From assembly GCA_036172245.1 (NCBI GenBank), contig JAYWIR010000037.1, positions 434,001-498,000 on the forward strand: a DNA stretch of 64,000 nt, written 5' to 3'. Under the pieces are notes generated by a model, which saw only the letters and a program-made list of their open reading frames with translations, had not been told where the DNA came from and made no database searches. This DNA comes from Raillietiella orientalis (lineage: Eukaryota). The translations under genes and the position numbers were made by a program. This document shows, piece by piece, positions 1 to 12,600 of the stretch. The first letter of the stretch is position 1. Each line of letters opens with the position of its first letter.

Positions 1-38
1 CGTTCTATCGCGATTCGCAGAGAATGTGACTGACTTAC

Positions 39-3000
39 TTGGGCAGAGACAGCGGGTCGGGGGCGTGGGCGTGTCCTCCGTTGCGGGTCTCCGTCACCCG
101 GCAAGCCACCATGTTGTACGCTGGTGGGAGAGAGAGAGAGAGAGAGGGGGGGGGGGAGGGGGAATAAACAAGCAAACCGTGGCAGGTGAGGGTCAGGGAG
201 CCCTACGGGGGACGCACCCAACCCTATGGGGGACGGGACCCTGGAACGTACCTTTCTCGTGCCTGCGGCGCTTCCGCTTGTTGCAGATCTTCACTGCACA
301 GACGGACAGTATGATAGCCACGAAGAAGAAGAGGATTCCGCCCACCACGCCTGCGATGACTGCCTTGTGCTTCAAGCGCACTGGAGGAGAGAGAAAGAAA
401 TGCAGATCTCGAGGTCGCCTTGGTGGGGGGGGGGGAGGAGGAGGTAAAGAAAATGGGGGAGGGGGGATGCGTACCTGGGACAGTGAACTTGACGGGGCTG
501 CTGCTCTCGTAGTTGGTGAGGCTGTGGGCATTGACGCGGAACTCGTACGACCGCTCACCCACTAGGCCCGCCATGTTGCGCTCTGGAAAGACGAGCGTGC
601 GTCGCCACCGTCGTCCCGGCAGACTTCCCCGGGCTCTCCCGGGGACGCTTCCCTTCCCCTTCCCCTACCGATGAATTCCGTGCGCCCTTCTATCTTCGTG
701 GGGTTCAGCCTCTTCCAGGTGGTGTCGGCCAGAAGCTTGTAGTCGATGGTGTAATACCCGATGGCTATCCCGTTGTCGATGGGGGGCAGCCAGAAGAACC
801 TGATGCCAGTTGACACCTCGCTGATATTGAGGTCCCTCGGAGGGTTGGGTCGCGGACCTGCGGAAGGGAGAGAATCCTCCTGACTGGCGAAGGACGTGCA
901 AGGTTTCGGGGAGAGGGTCGACAGGTAGGATGACTGCAAGCCAAGCGCCAATACCTGTAGGTCTACGAACGATTGGGAAGTAGGTGCGGCCGTAGCCGTC
1001 CCTCGGGAGCACAAACATGCTATAGTCTACCACTGAAATACGACAACAACACATGAGCAGGAGGGGCACAGGACACATGCGCACTGTTCCCTTTCCCCTT
1101 AACCCCCCCCCCCCCCCCCCGCTCTCCCGAAAAGCGACAACATGAAAAAAGGGGGGAGGGAGCATGCAGGCACCGCATTCAAGACGTACGAGACGGGCAG
1201 GCAACTGGGGTCCAGGCGGAAGGGGATCTTCCGGGTCTAGGCCACACCACAAAGTCTTACCCGCTTTCAAAATCATCTGCCTTCCCGTGGATTCGGAAGG
1301 GTTCTCCGCCCTGCCTGGTTTTATACCTTGGGGCGAGGGCGAAACGGGCGAAGGAACGACCGTGGCGCCCCCGCTTCCCACAGCTGAAGTGAAAAGGGAG
1401 AGGGAGAAATGCAGAGGAAGGTGTACGGGGTGTTCTTCCGGGCGCAACACTTACTTTTGGTGGTGGCCTTTACGAGTGCACTAACCATACTGTCCCCCAG
1501 GCGGTTCTTGCTCGTGATCTCGAACTCGTAGGACGTGTTGGGCAGCAGGTTGTAGATGGTGATGGACGTTTTTCCGGGAGCCACCTTCTGGGAAGCCCTT
1601 TCCCGGGGCTCGCCGGCCTCGTTGTACCTGCCCAGGCCCCGTTCACCGATCCAGGAGAGAGACCGGGCTCTCAGTGTCCCTCACCAGATGACGTACTCCT
1701 GCTTGTAGTCCTCTCCTCCGCTGTACCCGGGGAACCACTGGAGAGACACCGCGTACTCGCTGGCATTGACGCTTATGTTGTGCGGGGGCTGCGGCCTGCT
1801 CCCTTCGACGAGCAGCTGCGTGGCGGAGACGATGGTGGCGATCTCGTTGGTTGCGATGCACTCGTAGTAGGCAAAGTCTTCTTCCCTCAGGTTCCGGATG
1901 GTAAGGTTCCCCTGGTTTAGTTCCGTCCGCGTCTTTGGCAGCGGCTTGCCGTCGTGCTGCGGAGGGAAGGCGCTCCCGCCGCTGCGGAGCGGATGCCAGC
2001 CTACCCGCCGCCAAGAGATGCTCGGTCGTGGGTTCCCCTCCGCGGCGCAGGGAATCGTCACGTCTCGGCCTTTCTTCTGCTGGTAGCTGGTGCTCGGGCG
2101 GATCGTGAAAACTGGCGGCTCTCGCACGAGGACTTGTATGACCTCCGACGAGCCCGCGGTGCCAACGGCATTATAAGGAGTGCACCGGTATTCACCTTCG
2201 TGGTCGTGAGACACCTATGATGTGAGCCGAATAATCAGCAAGGAACGAGGGGGAGAAAACAGCACGTTTCGGAAATTCCTCACCTTGTAGAAATGGAGGG
2301 ATCCGTTGCTGAGTTCGACGATTTCTGGAATGGTGGAAGGTTTGAAAACTCTCTTGTCTTTGGTCCAGGTAACAAATTTCAAGGGGGGATTGGCTTCTAT
2401 GGGACAATGGAGGATCCCTTTCAAGCGAAGTGGCAAGTACTGAACCGTTGGCGTAAAACGCACCCTAGCGGGAACTGCACACAAGAATTCACGCTGGCGC
2501 TTGGCAGTCACGTCCCTTTCCTTACATTCTACGTTCAAATACGCCGAAGCCGACTGGGGAGTACCTATTCCATTGCTGACTTGGCATGTGTACTTCCCCG
2601 TGTCCTCTGCGGTGAGCGGGTGAATAATCAGCGTGCCGTCCTTTTTGACCGTCGCTCTTCCTTCCAAAGATTCCACTTGGTGGATAGGCACCGTTTCTTT
2701 GAACCACGAGATGGAGATGTTATTCGGCATCCCACGAGGTTCGCATGCTAGTTCTGACTTATCACCTTCAATCTTCGTAATATTCTGAGGGGGTACAAGA
2801 ATTACCGGACCACCTAGAAAATACTCAAGTGGAATTTTCACTCTGACCAGTCTGGACTACAAAACAAAAATGAAAAATTTTTTCCAGCTGCCGCCGCACA
2901 CAACCCGAGAGCGAACGAGGAGAGCTCCAGCTTTGTGGAAACCGGTTTCACTTCGCCCTATTCTCTACGGACGCCTGTTCCGAGCGATGCCCGTTTCTTT

Positions 3001-6000
3001 CCTGCTTCCTTTATTAGTTTCCCAGCGGGCGCAGGAGACACCACAAGTCACTGTTGTTACGGTTTTCTAATTTACTCATGCATTGAAATCTGACACCAAC
3101 ATTGGAGATCGCAACACGTCCGGGAAAAATTCTGAAGGATAAAAGCGGTTAGCGCAAGCAGGATGCTGCTACCGTTCTTTCTCACTATTTTCGACCCATC
3201 GGTTCGATTCCCCCATTCCTGTTGTAGCATACAAACTCGAAACGGTATTTTGCAAATGCTTTACGCGTGCGCAGTGCGTTACGCTCGTGATTCTGCGAGA
3301 GAGTTGAACTGTTTGCGATCTTATTAAAAAAAAAAAAAAAAAAAAAACTACCGACGAGGGGGTGGGGTGGGGTGGGGGTGGGGACCCACCATCCACAGGC
3401 AGGGGAAAAGCAGCATGAGCGTTCACATTTCTTTCTGCACGTTTTGGATGGGCCATGCAACACTATTTCATGTCGTGGGACGACTGATCAACAAATTGCC
3501 GTCGAAGTTGGTTCGCATATTGGTGCGCAAATATGCGAGCCAACTTCAACCAACCGCCCTTAAATCATCTGGACATTTTCAGATTCGGAAATCATTAGCG
3601 ATGTAGCAGTCATAACATCCACACGACTCCACTACTTTGAAATACCGACACTATCCCAAGCCATCACTTCGTCTTTGAGAACCCAACTGAGATGACATGG
3701 AAAGTGTCTGGTAGCCGCATAACCCAACGACGAACGTGATTTTTTTTTTTTAAAAAAAAAAAACACCTATGAATCGGAAGGGGGGGAAAAGGAAAAAATA
3801 GCTGTTGGCTTTGTGATTGCTGCCTCCGTCACCCTGGGATGGCAATAATCCTCTTCGGAAGCGTGGAAACGCTTCAGATCAGCGCATCAAGTATTAATTT
3901 ATATATGAAATTTGCTGGAATGGATTTCTTCATACTGATACCAAGTACAGACTGCTTCCTTCCACACTTCCACAATTTTGATTACCCGACGGACGGACAT
4001 CCTTGGAATGCAATCAACACGTCAACATGTGAGAAATGTATTGCATTTACGAACTGTGCTTTACCTGAATACACCTTATTATCTCAGCTCGTTGAGGACA
4101 AAGACGATAGCATATTATAGCGTATTATTGAGTAATATATTGTGTTAACTGTACAACTCCTCGAGATATGACGAGAAAGCCTACAGGAAATCTGGAAGAT
4201 TTCTGCATCAGATCCATAATTCCCTCTCGAGTGGGGAGAACTTTGAAGGTTGGGCTCGACCTAGGAGACTCTCTCGGATGAGGAGTAAACCTGAACGTTC
4301 CTGTCTCCATAAACAGGACCACATTCACCAATTAAGGGATGGGAGGGGGAGGGGAAACGACATAAGCTGGTGGATGCAAATCATACACGAACTGCAATGG
4401 TGTGTTTTGTCGCTGTGAATACTGAAGAGCGGTGTCGAAATCACAGATACATATTTCCAGTAAAAAGAACACTTTCCATTGCTCATGAGCAACACGCCCA
4501 AGAGAAAGGGCAAGCTTCATTTCATTCAACTGTACAGAACTTTTGTATAATTTCATAGTCATTATGGAAATGATTCAGAGTCTGCAGTCGAGGACTGAGA
4601 TAGAAAAGCAAATGTCTGACGTCAAAGTGTCGGGCGTAAAGTACTGAAACCAAAGAAGGGAAATGGGGAACAGATAGAAAGAAGGAGACCTTCTTAGATA
4701 TATAAGATGCTTCCTTCGTTTCAGTGTTTGTGATTTTTTTTTTTTTCTTTTTCAATTAATGCACAAAGCGGAGCACATCACGCCTATTCCTTTGTGTTTC
4801 TACTATTGAAATTCGCACAAAGACTTTGAGCTGGCAGACTGAACGACTTTCAATGTCGTTCGTTGGCGAAACAAACTCGAAATTAAAAATGAAGAAGAAG
4901 AAGAAGAAAATACACCAGAGGGAATTACAATGAATACGAAATGAAAGATCACAAATGAAATCAAGGCAACACATTACTGGAAAATGCCAACCCCAACGGC
5001 GAACTCTACATCTAAGCAAGATCAAGGAAATGGCATTCGTCACAACGCATTTTATAATAATCCTGAATTGCAATTTGGATTTATAATGACTGTTCCCTTT
5101 ATGAAGCACGGAAAAACTGAGCTTTTGGGGGGGTCACGTTCACGAAACCTCGAGTGAAACTGGGGAACATATCATGTTATCAGCCGGAAGTGAACACAGC
5201 ACCATTACAAAGAGGAGCAACTAATAGGATTGATAAGCAGTGAGGAACGGATTCCAGCTATCCCTCAAGAATCAGTTTTGAGATAATAGACCCAGAATAC
5301 AAATTACTATCACCCCCCCCCCCTCCTCCCATGACGATCAGATTCATACGAATACTGAGAACAAAGCCGACATTTCGAGGTACTAATCAAGACAATTACT
5401 GCCAACTACGCAATTGACACAATGTAATTCATTGATACAATACCGACGACGACTGAAAAATAACAGTAAAGCAATCCAAAATGTGTTCCGAAAATTCTCA
5501 AAACAAGTACGAGATGCTCTGAACATGTCTTTTACATGTCTTTCTTAGAGAATCCTTGGCTATCTCCAAAGACTTCCGCAAAGTACAGTCATCAATGTAA
5601 GCCTGACTGGTTTATTTGGTCAAGTATTTGCAACGATCTCTTTAAATCTAATCCACGCGCAGGAGACTCTCCTACATCAATCATTTCGTTCGTCGACTGA
5701 CCAGGACACTTGCATGACTTTATAGTAGCGGTGGACAGTGATGCATTCAGAAGGATTCACTGAATAAGGTGCCTTTGAAGCATAAGCGAATTCACGCTCA
5801 GCTTTAGAAGTAACTGAGGGTTTTTTTTTGGCTCTACGTGAAAAACCTGATTTAGTGTACATCAGACAAAAACTTCACTAGATCTGTTTTCATTTGAAAT
5901 ACGAACTCGCCACTGTTTTTTTTTTTTTGAGTTTTCAAATCACACTTTGCCTCCTGCAACTCCATCACAAACATCGAAAATGCTGTCTCCCCCGGAGCTA

Positions 6001-9000
6001 TTAGCACACTGAAATTCGAGCTTCTCGGTTCTGCTGCTGCTGAGATGTTTTTGAATAGATCAAAATGAAATCATTGTTTATTGGTTGCCCAAGCATAGAT
6101 GCTGCAGCTCGTCGCTTCTGTACAGCACTGATGGAGGACACAAATGTATTATAGTGGTTCCGCCTGTGCCTGATCATTATGTCCGTGCGCAATCAGAACA
6201 AAACGCCCGACAGCAGCACTTTTAACGAAGAGGCTGAGAAGCCCCAAGGGTTCAAAAACTTGGAAATGTAGAGATACGTTTTCTAATCGCGATTTCGAGT
6301 TTTTCTGATTTGGAGATATATCCTTCGGTCTCCAAAGGCTTCGCTTGCATCATCCGTGTTTCCAGAAAGTGAATACGAGTCGAGATACCGTTGACATCTG
6401 CTCATCTTTCTTCCTGAAAATCCGAAATTGATTCCATCCCAACATTCCACTCAAGCAGAACTTCGAAATTAAATTCTCTTTAAACTTTCCATTCCTCCAC
6501 CCTCACGGAGTTTTCATCACGGTGTTTTCTGGTTGTGAAATGCATTCTTTGTCACTTACGCTCGCTGAGAATATTCATATTCCAAATCAGTTTAACGGTA
6601 GGTTTTGAAACGTCTCAAAGATCATTGCGAAGTGCACAGATTCACGAGGAACCTTAGTGGGAAAGGGAACGAACACTTGGAGGTTACTAATCAATTGAAA
6701 AAAACTCGATGACGGCTGAAAAGTCAACAGCAGCTACTCGTACACAACTCGAAGAATAGGAAGCTATCAGTCGGCTTACGCGAACACCTCCGCGAGATCG
6801 GGAAAATGGCAAAACGAAGCGGTGGCATCCAGGAAGAAGGCAACATGGAAGATGGCGCAGATGAAATGGGTTCCAATTTTGTGGAAACAACAGATCCCCA
6901 TTACGAAAAGGTTTTTTTTTGCAGCTCCTGTGCTTCTTTCTTTTGCTCCATTCTTCTTTCTTTCCTTTCTTTCTTTTGCACTTTTGGATACTGTGTTGTT
7001 AAACACATGCCAAGTGCTGGACTCGATTTCGGTAGGTGTTTCCCGGCTGAAAGCTCATCTTCATGGAAGGAGCACCACCATTAGTAAGATCGTGATAATG
7101 TGGTTATTAGCTGAATGGGTTAGAATGGAGTCACATTATGGGAGTGAGTAAAATTAGCAAACGGGTGCTACGATGACGAAAAAAGAAAAAAGGATACACC
7201 CCTCAGAGGGAACAATAACAGTGGTGAATACGACGATGACGGTTCTAAACATGATAATGATAAAAATCGGTTTGTAGAAGTGAAATGTGGTTTGGAGCGA
7301 GGGATTATCAATTTAGACTTCGTTAACGTGATTTCCCCATTCGACTACTGATAACTGGAACTTGCGAGTATGATATTGCCATGCATCAGAGAAAGTTTGG
7401 AGGATTTCAATTAGCTCAACAGAGTTGCACTGATTTTCGCATGGATGACGAATGTGGATGATGTACGATCTGCCGTTTGCGTTGCAGACTGAAGGTATCG
7501 AGACAAAGAACCATAATTAAGGGGAAATGCCCATCTAATGAAGTCGTATGGATGCGAACTGATCAAAAAGGCATAAAGGAGAGCAGCCTAAGAAAGTACC
7601 AATCACAATGGTACACAATAAGAAAGTTAAGAACGAAAGTAAAGATAGCAGAGCGCATCAACTGGACTTTTTTTGTGTGTGTGTATTTCACTACCGATTT
7701 GCCTCTCTGCACTCTACTTCGGAGATAAAACTTAGCCAAGTTGTGTGCCCAAAATGCGTGCTATCTGAAGTATAGTCGACGAAATCCACGAGAGCCGCCT
7801 CTGAATTCACACATTAGATTTCATCCTTGAATTGCAGTACAACAGACACAGCAAGAGGTTTTGAGTACATGTGCATTCTGCGTGAATAAATCTCGCGTGT
7901 TTGCCTCTTAATCATAACTCCCTTTTGCCCATTCTCACACTTCCCCCCTCCCCCTTTTTTTTTTTTTTTTCTCCCTTCTCTTTTTTGTGAAAGAAATCGT
8001 GAGAGTAAATAAATCTCAATGACGCTCTCAGCCGAAATTTCCGCCATTGAAATGATCATATTATCCTTTTTTTTTTTTTTCTGTCTGGAGATTCCGTATT
8101 ACGAGTTTCGTCTTTTCAAGTTCACGTACGTGTTCGGCGGCTCACAAATCAGAAACTAAAAGTGATCCACATTAAAGTGCACTGAAATGACTCTCTGCAT
8201 TAATAAGGACACGAATTCCCAAATTCATCCTGAAATTTCATACTGTGGTAATACCACCTCGTTTCCGCTTGAGTCTCACTTGGTCATTCACGCCATGAGA
8301 TAATATTGCGTGAGCAGGCATCAGAACGATATAGACGAACAACGAATACAGATATTCGTTTCGGTGCAAAACAGTGTACACTGTACGTTTACTGTAATCG
8401 GAAACAGGCCACCACGTGTTGGAAAAGAAACACTTTCGTGCCTGGAGGCGAAAGCGGACACGGGGAGCAAAGGAGCGAACTTATCGGTTTGAACCACTGA
8501 CAACCGTCAGAGAAAACAAAACAAAATGCAGTCATCAATTATCATGAGGAAACACGAGTGCTTTCAAATACCTGTCAGGAACGTGCGAGAAGATCGGGAC
8601 CACAAATGTGCGAATGAAAGCGAAATGCGATATAACGAAAGGACGATGCATTCGCGTAAACAGAGAGCGCTCAGAAGAGTGTGATGAGATTAGAAAAGAG
8701 TGGGAACCGAATTCCATAGGGCTAAGGATGGAGAGTTTTGAATACACAGTTACCTGCTATTACAACTTTGGTGGTGTGATGGATTCTGCCTTCCCCATTT
8801 TTGGCTATGCAAACGTAATCTCCGATATCCGACTCTTTGATTTCGGTAACCCGCAGTTCAGAGCCATCATTCATGATTGCTATCGTGGCAGATGGAACGA
8901 TGGGATCGCTTTCTTTGTACCACATTATTCGTGGTAATGGAGTGCCCTCTGCCTCACATGTTAATATTATGCTGTCACCAAGATTAACATAAACAATGTC

Positions 9001-9606
9001 ATCTGAAGTGACTATGAAACGTGGAGGTGCTGAAACATGAAATCAAATAGGTTTTAAATGAGCAAATCTGCTTGGGAGAAAGCAATTAGAAATACATGTT
9101 TAGGAACCTTACTAACCGTGAACGTCTAAATAAATCCATGTCCCATTTTTTACAGTACTACGAGGCTCTCGATTCAAGAACAACACCTGACACTCATACC
9201 ATCCTTGATCCGAACTGACCACATTGCTCAGATTCAATGAGGCTTGTCCATCATTCATAACTCGACTTACTCGACCTTCATACTCTTCGTTCACATGAGG
9301 AGGATAACCCTCATACCAAATATATAATGGATAACTGTGACCCTAAGTGTGATTGACAGCAATACCTAAGGATTAATAAGATCAAGCATACTTGCTTAGT
9401 CCACCGGATAATGTAAGGTACAATCTGTCCTTCCGGAAAATCTATAGCACAGTGCAGGATAACAGATTCACCTAACAACGCAGTAATCCGGGGACCGTCA
9501 TGGGAACAATGACCTTCGAAAGATGCGCATCACCACAATTAATTACCAGTGTCTTACTGGGTAAAGCACAAAGGAACAACCATACATAATAGATCAAACA
9601 GGACAT
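39..9606 (-). CDS. tutl: Turtle / IGSF9-family immunoglobulin superfamily adhesion receptor (signal peptide, 5 Ig, 2 FN3, TM; cytoplasmic tail continues beyond the left edge)
   Basis: Phase-consistent GT-AG exons on the minus strand: 9606-9558, 9513-9392, 9342-9117, 9029-8754, 2813-2526, 2474-2284, 2214-2005, 1956-1685, 1627-1455, 1383-1261 (or -1327), 1032-955, 857-669, 582-475, 380-252, 120-39. The spliced protein begins MSCLIYYVWLFLCALPSHCSHDGPRITALLGESVILHC...YIWYEGYPPHVNEEYEGRVSRV...DQGWYECQVLFLNREP...NGTWIYLDVH. The TM/juxtamembrane region KHKAVIAGVVGGILFFFVAIILSVCAVKICNKRKRRRHEKAYNMVACRV closely matches arthropod Turtle as I recall it. In-frame stops immediately upstream fix the start at ATG 9606. 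Confidence 0.92.
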
Positions 9607-12600
9607 GATAGATCATCGCTACCGATGAGCCCGATTTCCGTCCACTTCCAATCCATGTCGGCTACCTCTGCATCTTTTGTTTCAGTTCTGTAAAAAGCAC
9701 AATACATCATCTAGAGAGAGTGCACAATTTTCGATTTAAGTTTCATAGTTATTCTAGTTCAGATCTGTCATGAGAGAACCATAACGATCTAGTTCCAACA
9801 GCATCACAAATCTGAGATGCGGTTATGATGTTCTCTTCACAACACAATAGGAAAACACGCAAGAAAGATTATGGTTTCTCACATGAAAATATGCCGCACT
9901 ACTACAACTATCGGTCACGTGTATTCGTGAGTGATACAACAAGGTGGTCAAAGAAATCATTTACTGCATCATTGAATAGAAACAAGCAGAGCACACACAC
10001 AAAAAAAAAAAAAGCAACCGAAGCAAAGATACGTTCGTTTCGATGGAATTCATTTGAATACTTTGATCAGCATGGCAACAGAATTACGGCAATACGAATG
10101 CTGAGACATTTTCATGATTTTACCAACTGTGCCCTTTGAACACTGTATTACGTACCTCCATCGGTACACTATTCAAGGATCCCAGAGTCTATGATACACA
10201 AAGTTCATTGACGGAATACGTCTATTCGGGATGGAGGCGTGATCGAGGCGAAGGTCGAGACATCAGTAAGGATCATCCATAATCTTTACAGGCTATACTA
10301 TTAAGCCTTTGTGATCACAATATATAAACGATAGAAATGTGGACTCTTAAAACGGTAATTTTCAGAGCTCATATTTGGTGTTTCAGTGAATCAGGGACTG
10401 CACCTCAAACTTGCTTTGGTCGATTACAAAAATACGTTGGTTTCGTTAATTACGACACAAACGAAACTTTCTTACGGGTCCATAGATGAAATACATTTCC
10501 CATTAACCGCTAAGATCACAGATCACCTTACATAATTACACTTTCAGTGCAATTGGAATTAAAGGACGAATCTCTCTGATCGGAAAATGAAAGCATGCAA
10601 AAAAAAAAAAAAAAAAAAAAAAGAACTCTTCTAAATAGGCAAGAATCAAAAACGGGAAAGTTTCACAACATAGCAGCTTAAGTAAAAGTTCAGCTCGAAA
10701 GGGTGACGTTGAAGTACTGAAGTCGTAATAAAAGAGAAACAAGCATCCCTGGAATCACATATCGATAAGGAGGATCAGAAGTGTATGCAGGATTTTCGTT
10801 TTCCAACGCCTAATCTTTTTCGAGAACAAAAAGAAAATCAAATCGAATCAAAACAAAATGATTACAGAAAATTCAATGAGAAACCGGTGACGACACTCGA
10901 TCACTGGCGTTGTCACATCTGCGACATGGCAACCATCAGTCGGCAAAGGACTTTCCCAATTCTGTACTTCATGAGAAGCGAGAAGTTACTTTCGGGAAAA
11001 AAAAAGTTTCGGGAAACCATGGAGGCAGGAAGCAATATGCAGTTCGCATCGAGTCCTTCGTCCAAAGTCCACCATTCGCTTCAAGAGCAAATCAACAGTT
11101 GGAAAATCGGAATGAGGACGAATTCCTCACTTGAACCGAGACGCTAGTGAAAAATGTCACGTCGACGTCGACGGAGTAAGTTCGCTTCTGAATAGAAACG
11201 ACGAAAACGCTAAACGACGTTCCAGTCACACGGTATATACTCTTCACCATGGTGTACCAAAAGCAAATGTTAAACTGAGATCCTTTTGCATGTCAAGGAG
11301 TCCATCATTAGCAATTCTTTGACAAATACACGAAAAAATATCCTTTCGATGCACATGAGGCCATGGAATCACACATGGTTCCACTTTCCAGAAGCTTCTG
11401 CATGAAATCAAGAGCGAAAAAAGGAAAAAAACAATGCCTCAAAATGCATTTAGATACAAGACAAACTATGCGTACTATTTAATCAGTATCAATTACGTGG
11501 ATTACCTAGTAGAAAAATTTCGAAATTTTTTTGGGACACCTTACAAATAAATAATTTTGCATTCGATTCGAGGATTTCCGCAAAATACGGATTTCGGAGA
11601 ACGTGGGATTTACAGGACATTACAGTGTCAACCATAAGCTGAAGAACGCGCTGGTAATTTTGGAGCAGGTCACAACGGAAACTAACGAACACGTGTACTG
11701 ATGTCAGTCATTTGATGCAAGATTAAGCATTGTGTTCTTCATTGCGGTGGAAGCTTGAGAGTGCCATATCTCATAAATATTCATGAAGTATCAAATTATG
11801 TTGCGATGCAAAGATCAGATGGAAGTTATAGGTGATTACACTCTCCGTGTTCCATAAACGACAGGGAAGAAAAAAAAAATGCACAAGCAGAATCACTTGT
11901 ATTTTGCTGTATCATTGGCATCACATTTGAATTTCAACTCCTACTTGTGGGAAAATTAAGGGAAAATCAATCCAAGTGAAAACAATAATAATAATAATAA
12001 AAAAAAAAAAAAAAAAAAAAAAAACCGCAGAAGCAGATTAAGCACCTCCCTATAATCAAAATTTTGGTGCGAAAATAAGAAGCAGAGATGGCAAAGATGA
12101 ATGAATCAGCTGATGTAGCTTCACGAAATAATCATTCAAGAATACACGAGCTTTTCTCATAAGAGCATGTATCCACCTTCGAGCAAGATTCTTAAATTAA
12201 GTCACACGAAAGCTGGTAGGAGATTTGAATATGCTATGTTTTGAATAATTGCTTCAAATAGGCATTGCAGAGGTTTTTGCTTGGAGATGAAAAGGGGCAG
12301 ACTTCACAATTCAAGGCAGAGATACGCAAAATTCGATAACACACAGAACATCTTGCTTCCGCTGATACATCATCTCGAAGAGCGCGGGTTCGGTTTATAA
12401 AAAAAAGAAAAAAATTTTTTTTTGCAATCCTACTAGAAGTCCAAGAGAATTATTTAATCAAAAGATTACTCAAGTGAACAAGAACAAGTGCACGTCAAAG
12501 AATGTATCCCTTGATCACATGGCCGAGAAGGACCAAAATCCCACTCCAGACGCAAAATTAATTTGCGCGAATAACGTCTATTAGGCTACATGATTTGTCC

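Noticed and set aside
26..2751. Plus-strand ORFs overlapping turtle exons
   Set aside because: Antisense shadows of GC-rich coding sequence with no independent motifs.
3140..3215. tRNA-like B-box GGTTCGATTCCCC with upstream GCGGTTAGCGC
   Set aside because: No acceptor or anticodon stems can be folded and no second copy was seen to suggest a SINE.
9343..9391. Turtle intron starting GTATGCTT with internal ATCCTTAG as a second U12 intron
   Set aside because: Mismatch at the critical +5 position, branch-like motif imperfect and too close to the 5' end, and only 49 nt long. It fits an ordinary U2 intron.
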